Source: Promethearchaeota archaeon (lineage in GTDB: Archaea > Asgardarchaeota > Lokiarchaeia > Sigyniarchaeales > SOKP01). From it: a stretch of 64,000 bases of DNA. The position numbers and the translations under genes were made by a program. The stretch lies in the NCBI GenBank assembly GCA_048938895.1, contig JBHLLU010000001.1, positions 1 to 64,000 on the forward strand. Reading direction: 5' to 3'. Below, piece after piece: positions 59,835-64,000 of the stretch; within the stretch, counting starts at the first letter, position 1, and every line of letters starts with the position of its first letter. The notes below the pieces were generated by a model. It saw only the letters and a list, made by a program, of their open reading frames with translations. It was not told the DNA's origin and searched no databases.

Positions 59835-59870
59835 GACTCCTTTTGAACTTCGTGAGCTTAAACTATAAAT
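59835..59870 (+). promoter_or_regulatory. Degenerate operator plus TATA-like box (copy 4)
   Basis: GACTCC-TTTT-GAACTT (59835-59850) with AACTATAAAT starting 11 nt later, ahead of ORF 59924. Confidence 0.45.
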
Positions 59871-59923
59871 GAAACCTTGGGTTAAGTAATCTTAGCAATA
59901 AAAAAAGAGAGTGATAATGAGAA

Positions 59924-60181
59924 ATGACACAAATAATTGCAAAGGAAGATACTCCTGTTGAACTTGAAGATTTACATATAATTCTGGCGAAACGCAAATT
60001 GAAACTTAAAACCAAGATCACTGAAGAAACTAAAAAACAACAATGCGAACTGTATGAATTATTTAAAGAATTTAATCCAAACTACTTTGAAGAAGCAATT
60101 CCAGTCAAAAATGCACTTGATAAGCTTTATACTTCAGATATCAAATTCAGATCTACATTCGATTTTTCTAGGATGTACTAA
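59924..60181 (+). CDS. Hypothetical protein (85 aa)
   Basis: ATG with GAGTGA SD-like site. Confidence 0.65.
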   Translation: MTQIIAKEDTPVELEDLHIILAKRKLKLKTKITEETKKQQCELYELFKEFNPNYFEEAIPVKNALDKLYTSDIKFRSTFDFSRMY

Positions 60182-60215
60182 TATATTTGAATTAAAATTG
60201 AGAGGTGGTTGAAAT

Positions 60216-60479
60216 ATGGTTCAAGTATATATTAAGAAAAATGAATTGGAAAAACCGTATAAAATTGAAGAAATAATAATATATGAAGAACTCCCTGCTG
60301 AAAAGGAAGAGTATAGGGTAACAAGAGTCAAAGCAGAGGAGAAACCAGTTAAAAAAGCTTTGCGTAGGCTCATAGAGAAAGCAAAGTATAATCCGAAATA
60401 TATAGAAGAAACTTTTCTTATGGAAAAATTGAGAAGAGATATTCATAAGAATTATTATCGAAACTACGGAATCTACTAA
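60216..60479 (+). CDS. Hypothetical highly charged protein (87 aa)
   Basis: GAGGTG SD, operon-like spacing from the previous ORF. Confidence 0.7.
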   Translation: MVQVYIKKNELEKPYKIEEIIIYEELPAEKEEYRVTRVKAEEKPVKKALRRLIEKAKYNPKYIEETFLMEKLRRDIHKNYYRNYGIY

Positions 60480-60553
60480 AAATCGTTTTATTCTCATCAC
60501 GCTGATTCAATTCATCCGACAAGCCGAAGTAGTAAAGTCAGGGAGAAATCAGG

Positions 60554-60580
60554 GGAGGGGGATCTTTAAAATCCCCCTCC
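60554..60580. terminator. GC-rich hairpin
   Basis: GGAGGGGGAT-N7-ATCCCCCTCC perfect 10-bp stem. Confidence 0.5.
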
Positions 60581-60625
60581 ATTACAAAAAATTTGATATA
60601 TATTAAAATAAAAAAAGGAGGGCGA

Positions 60626-60724
60626 ATGAAAATGAAAAAGAAAAAATTGGAGAGAATTGAAAGGATTAAGATAAGGAACGATCTTGAAGAGCATAAGCTC
60701 CTAATTAATCGTATAATTAAATGA
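60626..60724 (+). CDS. Putative microprotein MKMKKKKLERIERIKIRNDLEEHKLLINRIIK (32 aa)
   Basis: Strong GGAGG SD; T-tract after stop. Confidence 0.6.
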   Translation: MKMKKKKLERIERIKIRNDLEEHKLLINRIIK

Positions 60725-60783
60725 TTAATTTTTTCACATTTTTGAAAAATTATATATATACATTTAAATTAGAGGTAAAAAAA

Positions 60784-60879
60784 ATGCCAAAAAAGAAAGA
60801 AAAAGCATTGGATGCTACATTAACAGATTTGCTTTTAAATCCAAAGAAATATAAATTTGGATTAAAAGACCTACACTAA
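60784..60879 (+). CDS. Microprotein MPKKKEKALDATLTDLLLNPKKYKFGLKDLH (31 aa)
   Basis: GAGGT SD; homologous to 55285-55365 (TL.D..L.PKKY..GLKDL); long T-tract downstream. Confidence 0.75.
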   Translation: MPKKKEKALDATLTDLLLNPKKYKFGLKDLH

Positions 60880-61149
60880 AAAAATTTTTTTTTTATATTT
60901 ACTTTTAATGAATTAAGGATTAAGTATTTATGACAATCTTGTCAACGTTTAAATATTAGTATAAGGAGGCATAAGCCTAATAAATATTCGGGGAAATTTA
61001 TAGAAATAGAACTTCTTTAACTATTTCTTACAGTTTCCAGTAATAATTCGTTATAAACCAAAATTTTATATTAAAAAATATCTGATCTTAGTTTAATTAC
61101 TTATTTTTTATAAAGAATATATTCCAAGTAATTTTCCCCTAAAAGATCT

Positions 61150-61713
61150 ATGAGTGAAGACGGGCGTAGGTTTAGGTTTAAAATAACGGTAATCGGAGAT
61201 GGTAGAGTAGGAAAGACTACTCTTATTAGGAGGTACACTCAAGGATCATTTAAAAAGGATTATGTTAAGACAATTGGGGCACAATTTTCAGTATATGATA
61301 ATGAAATTGGAGGAGATAAAGTCCGACTAATATTTTGGGATATTGCGGGACAAGATACGTTTCACTTCTTAAGACCTTCATTTTTTAGCAATAGTAAAGG
61401 AGCAATTATTGTATATAGTCTTGAAGACAATAAACACGGACATGATAGTTTTGACCACATCTCAATTTGGGATGAAGATATAAAAAAACACTGTGGTGAG
61501 ATTCCTGTTGTTTTATTTGCAAACAAAGTAGATTTAGTGGATGAATCTAATATAGATCAATCCGTCCTAAAAGAAATTGTCGAGGAGAATGGTTATCTTG
61601 GATATTATATAACTTCAGCAAAAACAGGAAAGGGAGTGTTTACAGCTTTCAATATTTTAATAGAAAATTTGTATAAATCGTCCAAAGCATTATCTCTTGA
61701 ATTACAAGATTAG
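61150..61713 (+). CDS. Rab-like small GTPase
   Basis: GDGRVGKT, WDIAGQ, NKVD, TSAK. Confidence 0.93.
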   Translation: MSEDGRRFRFKITVIGDGRVGKTTLIRRYTQGSFKKDYVKTIGAQFSVYDNEIGGDKVRLIFWDIAGQDTFHFLRPSFFSNSKGAIIVYSLEDNKHGHDSFDHISIWDEDIKKHCGEIPVVLFANKVDLVDESNIDQSVLKEIVEENGYLGYYITSAKTGKGVFTAFNILIENLYKSSKALSLELQD

Positions 61714-61866
61714 AATAGAACCAAAACTATTTCTTTCTTATTTCAAATTGTATATATTAGACTTACTAGACTTTTTATTCAAAAGCTTTATAATGTTTTA
61801 TACCTAGATTATGTTCATAAAATATTTTTTTAAAAACTTCATATTCCGAATTTCCAAGAAAAATTT

Positions 61867-62418
61867 ATGAAGGATATAAGTTTTGTTTTTAAAATTGTTG
61901 TTATAGGGGATGGAAGAGTAGGGAAAACTACACTAATTCAAAAATTTACAAAAAGCACCTTTAAGGAAGAATATATAAAAACAATTGGTGCCGATCTCTC
62001 AAATTACGATTATGTAATTGACAACGACAAAATTAGACTTCAATTCTGGGATATTGCAGGGCAAGATAAGTTTCATTTCTTACGTCCTTCATTTTTTAAC
62101 AAAAGTAGAGCAGGAATTATTGTTTATAGCCTTGAGGACAATAAACTTGGTCAAGAGAGTTTTAAGAATATCCCAAATTGGTATGCTGAAATCAAGAAAT
62201 ATTGTGGGGATATCCCAATTATTATTTTTGCTAATAAGGCAGATTTAGTAGAGTTTTCTCAAGTAGATGAAACCCCTATCCAAGAATTTGTTAAGGAAAA
62301 TAAATTGCTTGGTTATAAAATTACATCAGCTAAAACAGGAGAGGGAGTCATTGATGCTTTTAATACAATTATCAAAAATTTGTATGATAAATTTAAATCT
62401 CTTTCCGAAAATAGTTAA
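61867..62418 (+). CDS. Rab-like small GTPase (tandem paralog)
   Basis: GDGRVGKT, WDIAGQ, NKAD, TSAK. Confidence 0.93.
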   Translation: MKDISFVFKIVVIGDGRVGKTTLIQKFTKSTFKEEYIKTIGADLSNYDYVIDNDKIRLQFWDIAGQDKFHFLRPSFFNKSRAGIIVYSLEDNKLGQESFKNIPNWYAEIKKYCGDIPIIIFANKADLVEFSQVDETPIQEFVKENKLLGYKITSAKTGEGVIDAFNTIIKNLYDKFKSLSENS

Positions 62419-62553
62419 TTTTTTCTTAAATCTTTATCATTTTCATGCATTTTTCCAAAAAATACTATCATCGAATGCAATCCTTTATATATATAAAAAA
62501 ATAATATCAATTAATTTCAAATTAATTTTGTGCGAAATCAAAGAGGTGCTATT

Positions 62554-62784
62554 ATGGTAAATATTGAAATTGACGTCGTTAATAAACCTACAAATAGATT
62601 CAGAATTGAGCAGTATTTTGGGACACCAGTTGCTAATGAAATATTTCAATGTCTTCAACAACATATTGGTTTGTCTGCATCACAAGCAGAAGCACAACTA
62701 AGAGCTTCAATCCAAAGAACAGCAAATGCTATAGCAAAGGAAGATGAAATTATCACAATTATGGGATTTATAACTGTAGGTTAA
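62554..62784 (+). CDS. Small protein, candidate RiPP precursor 1 (ends MGFITVG)
   Basis: GAGGTG SD before ATG 62554; paralog of 62853-63086. Confidence 0.75.
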   Translation: MVNIEIDVVNKPTNRFRIEQYFGTPVANEIFQCLQQHIGLSASQAEAQLRASIQRTANAIAKEDEIITIMGFITVG

Positions 62785-62852
62785 AAATCCTTTATAAAAG
62801 GTTGAAAATATTAATCTAATTAAAATTAAGTACACTTCAATGAGGTGTTGAA

Positions 62853-63086
62853 ATGTCAATCAACGCAGATAAAGTAAAGAAAAAATCAAATAGAAAAAGA
62901 CTTGATAGATTCTTCGGCAGAGATAAAGCACAAACGATTATAGATTGCTTACAAGATTGTGTAAATCAAGGGAAATCAAGTGCTGATATGGGGGATTGTG
63001 TAAAAAATTGTCTTATCCAAAAAGGATTCAGCGCGTCTAAAGCCGATGAAGCAGTCAGTCTCATGGGTTTCATAACAGTAGGTTAA
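62853..63086 (+). CDS. Small protein, candidate RiPP precursor 2 (ends MGFITVG)
   Basis: GAGGTG SD; shares NR.R....FG...A..I..CLQ and DE....MGFITVG with the upstream gene. Confidence 0.75.
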   Translation: MSINADKVKKKSNRKRLDRFFGRDKAQTIIDCLQDCVNQGKSSADMGDCVKNCLIQKGFSASKADEAVSLMGFITVG

Positions 63087-63140
63087 AGGAAGAAGTTATT
63101 ATCTAATTTTTTTCATATAATTTTTCTAAAGTGGCTTATC

Positions 63141-64000
63141 TTGATCCCTGAATCTATAGATTTATTAATGATTTTTCCTTCAGGAGGGGATATTTATCAA
63201 ACAAATTTCAATCACCACCTAGGAACAGCATATATAATAGGTTATGTAAGGAAACATGGATTTAAAGCTAAACAGTTTTTATCAAACACCCAATATAATG
63301 TTAGAGAATGTGTTAAATCAATTTTCCAATACAATCCAAAAGTAATAGGGTTTACTGTTTATGAAAGCAATTATATGCAATCAGTTTTACTGTCGACTTT
63401 CATAAAAAAAGAAAAGCCTAATATTATTATAATTTTTGGGGGTCCTACTCCGACTATTCACTCTGAATACTTATTAAAACAAGTCAACAGTATTGATCTC
63501 TGTGTAAGACAAGAAGGTGAAGAAACTGTACTTGAAATTTTAAAAGAATTACAGAGTGTCAATTATACTATATCAAGAGCCAATTTTACTGAAATTAAAG
63601 GTATAATCTATAGAATTAAAGATCAAATCTTCAAAAATCCTGATAGTGACTACCTTTATTCAAAAAGACATATTAGGAATTACATTGATAAATATCCCTC
63701 TCCATACCTTTCTGAAATTATCCCTAAAAGTAAAGCTTTTCCCATAGGGATACTTACGGGAAGAGGATGTAATCAGTCTTGTACGTATTGTAACTGTGCT
63801 GTTTTAAGTAAAAAGAACATATATTTTCATTCAATAGGGAGAGTAATTGAAGAACTAGAATTTATTAGTCAACAAGAGAAATTTTCACATCCCATTCCTA
63901 TATATGATGATGCTTTTACAATAATTCCTTCACGAGCGAAAAAAATTTGCGAAACTATCATTGAAAAGGACATAAAAATTCCGTTATTATGTATTACTCG
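63141..64000 (+). CDS. Cobalamin-binding radical SAM protein (partial, runs off window)
   Basis: Not in the ORF track. HLGTAYI, VIGFTVY, FGGPTPT and EGEET (B12-binding domain); TGRGCNQSCTYC (CxxxCxxC at 63768-63791); DDAFT. Start is TTG 63141 or ATG 63168. Confidence 0.9.
   Translation, partial: MIPESIDLLMIFPSGGDIYQTNFNHHLGTAYIIGYVRKHGFKAKQFLSNTQYNVRECVKSIFQYNPKVIGFTVYESNYMQSVLLSTFIKKEKPNIIIIFGGPTPTIHSEYLLKQVNSIDLCVRQEGEETVLEILKELQSVNYTISRANFTEIKGIIYRIKDQIFKNPDSDYLYSKRHIRNYIDKYPSPYLSEIIPKSKAFPIGILTGRGCNQSCTYCNCAVLSKKNIYFHSIGRVIEELEFISQQEKFSHPIPIYDDAFTIIPSRAKKICETIIEKDIKIPLLCIT

Noticed and set aside
55192-59870. Repeated palindromes considered as a CRISPR array or transposon ends
   Set aside because: Copies are short, degenerate and irregularly spaced (hundreds to thousands of nt), with no cas or transposase genes; they fit an operator better.
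60192-60500. 102-aa hydrophobic minus-strand ORF
   Set aside because: It is the antisense shadow of the Lys/Glu-rich plus-strand ORF 60216-60479, which has a strong SD.
1126-62560. Many short ORFs in the track that overlap confident genes (e.g. 3249-3488, 8330-8725, 18111-18515, 45163-45429, 51239-51607, 62018-62248)
   Set aside because: They are antisense or alternate-frame shadows of well-supported genes, with no motifs or SD support.
62554-63086. Ubiquitin-like/sulfur-carrier interpretation of the proteins ending in Gly
   Set aside because: They end in VG rather than GG and look alpha-helical rather than beta-grasp.

Overview
AT-rich archaeal DNA, most likely from an Asgard archaeon (Lokiarchaeia-like). 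The evidence is an archaeal-type LeuRS and aIF-1A together with eukaryote-signature genes: four Rab-like small GTPases (one fused to a Roadblock/longin-like domain) and a UBC/RWD-like-JAMM fusion. The left 27 kb holds accessory redox and membrane genes with two pseudogenes, three paralogous multi-PAS histidine kinases and leuS. A beta-oxidation block follows (thiolases, acyl-CoA dehydrogenase, ETF), then pepF. Three things stand out. (1) A ~16 kb cluster encodes a 3514-aa type I FAS/PKS megasynthase (ER-ER-KS-AT-KS-ACPx3-KR-DH-PPTase) with a thioesterase-like hydrolase, a complete acyl-CoA carboxylase and biotin ligase. It is bracketed by intact pepF and a decayed copy of the pepF 3' end, and all three ACPs have Thr where the phosphopantetheinylated Ser is expected. 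(2) A duplicated module consists of a tandem-wHTH/TPR protein, a divergent conserved palindromic operator, unannotated 25-32 aa micro-ORFs (two clearly homologous) and a Rab-like GTPase. (3) Two paralogous ~77-aa proteins ending in an identical MGFITVG lie directly upstream of a cobalamin-dependent radical SAM enzyme, a candidate RiPP locus truncated by the window end. I saw no tRNA, rRNA, CRISPR array, transposase or integrase. All calls come from motif reading only; no database searches were run.
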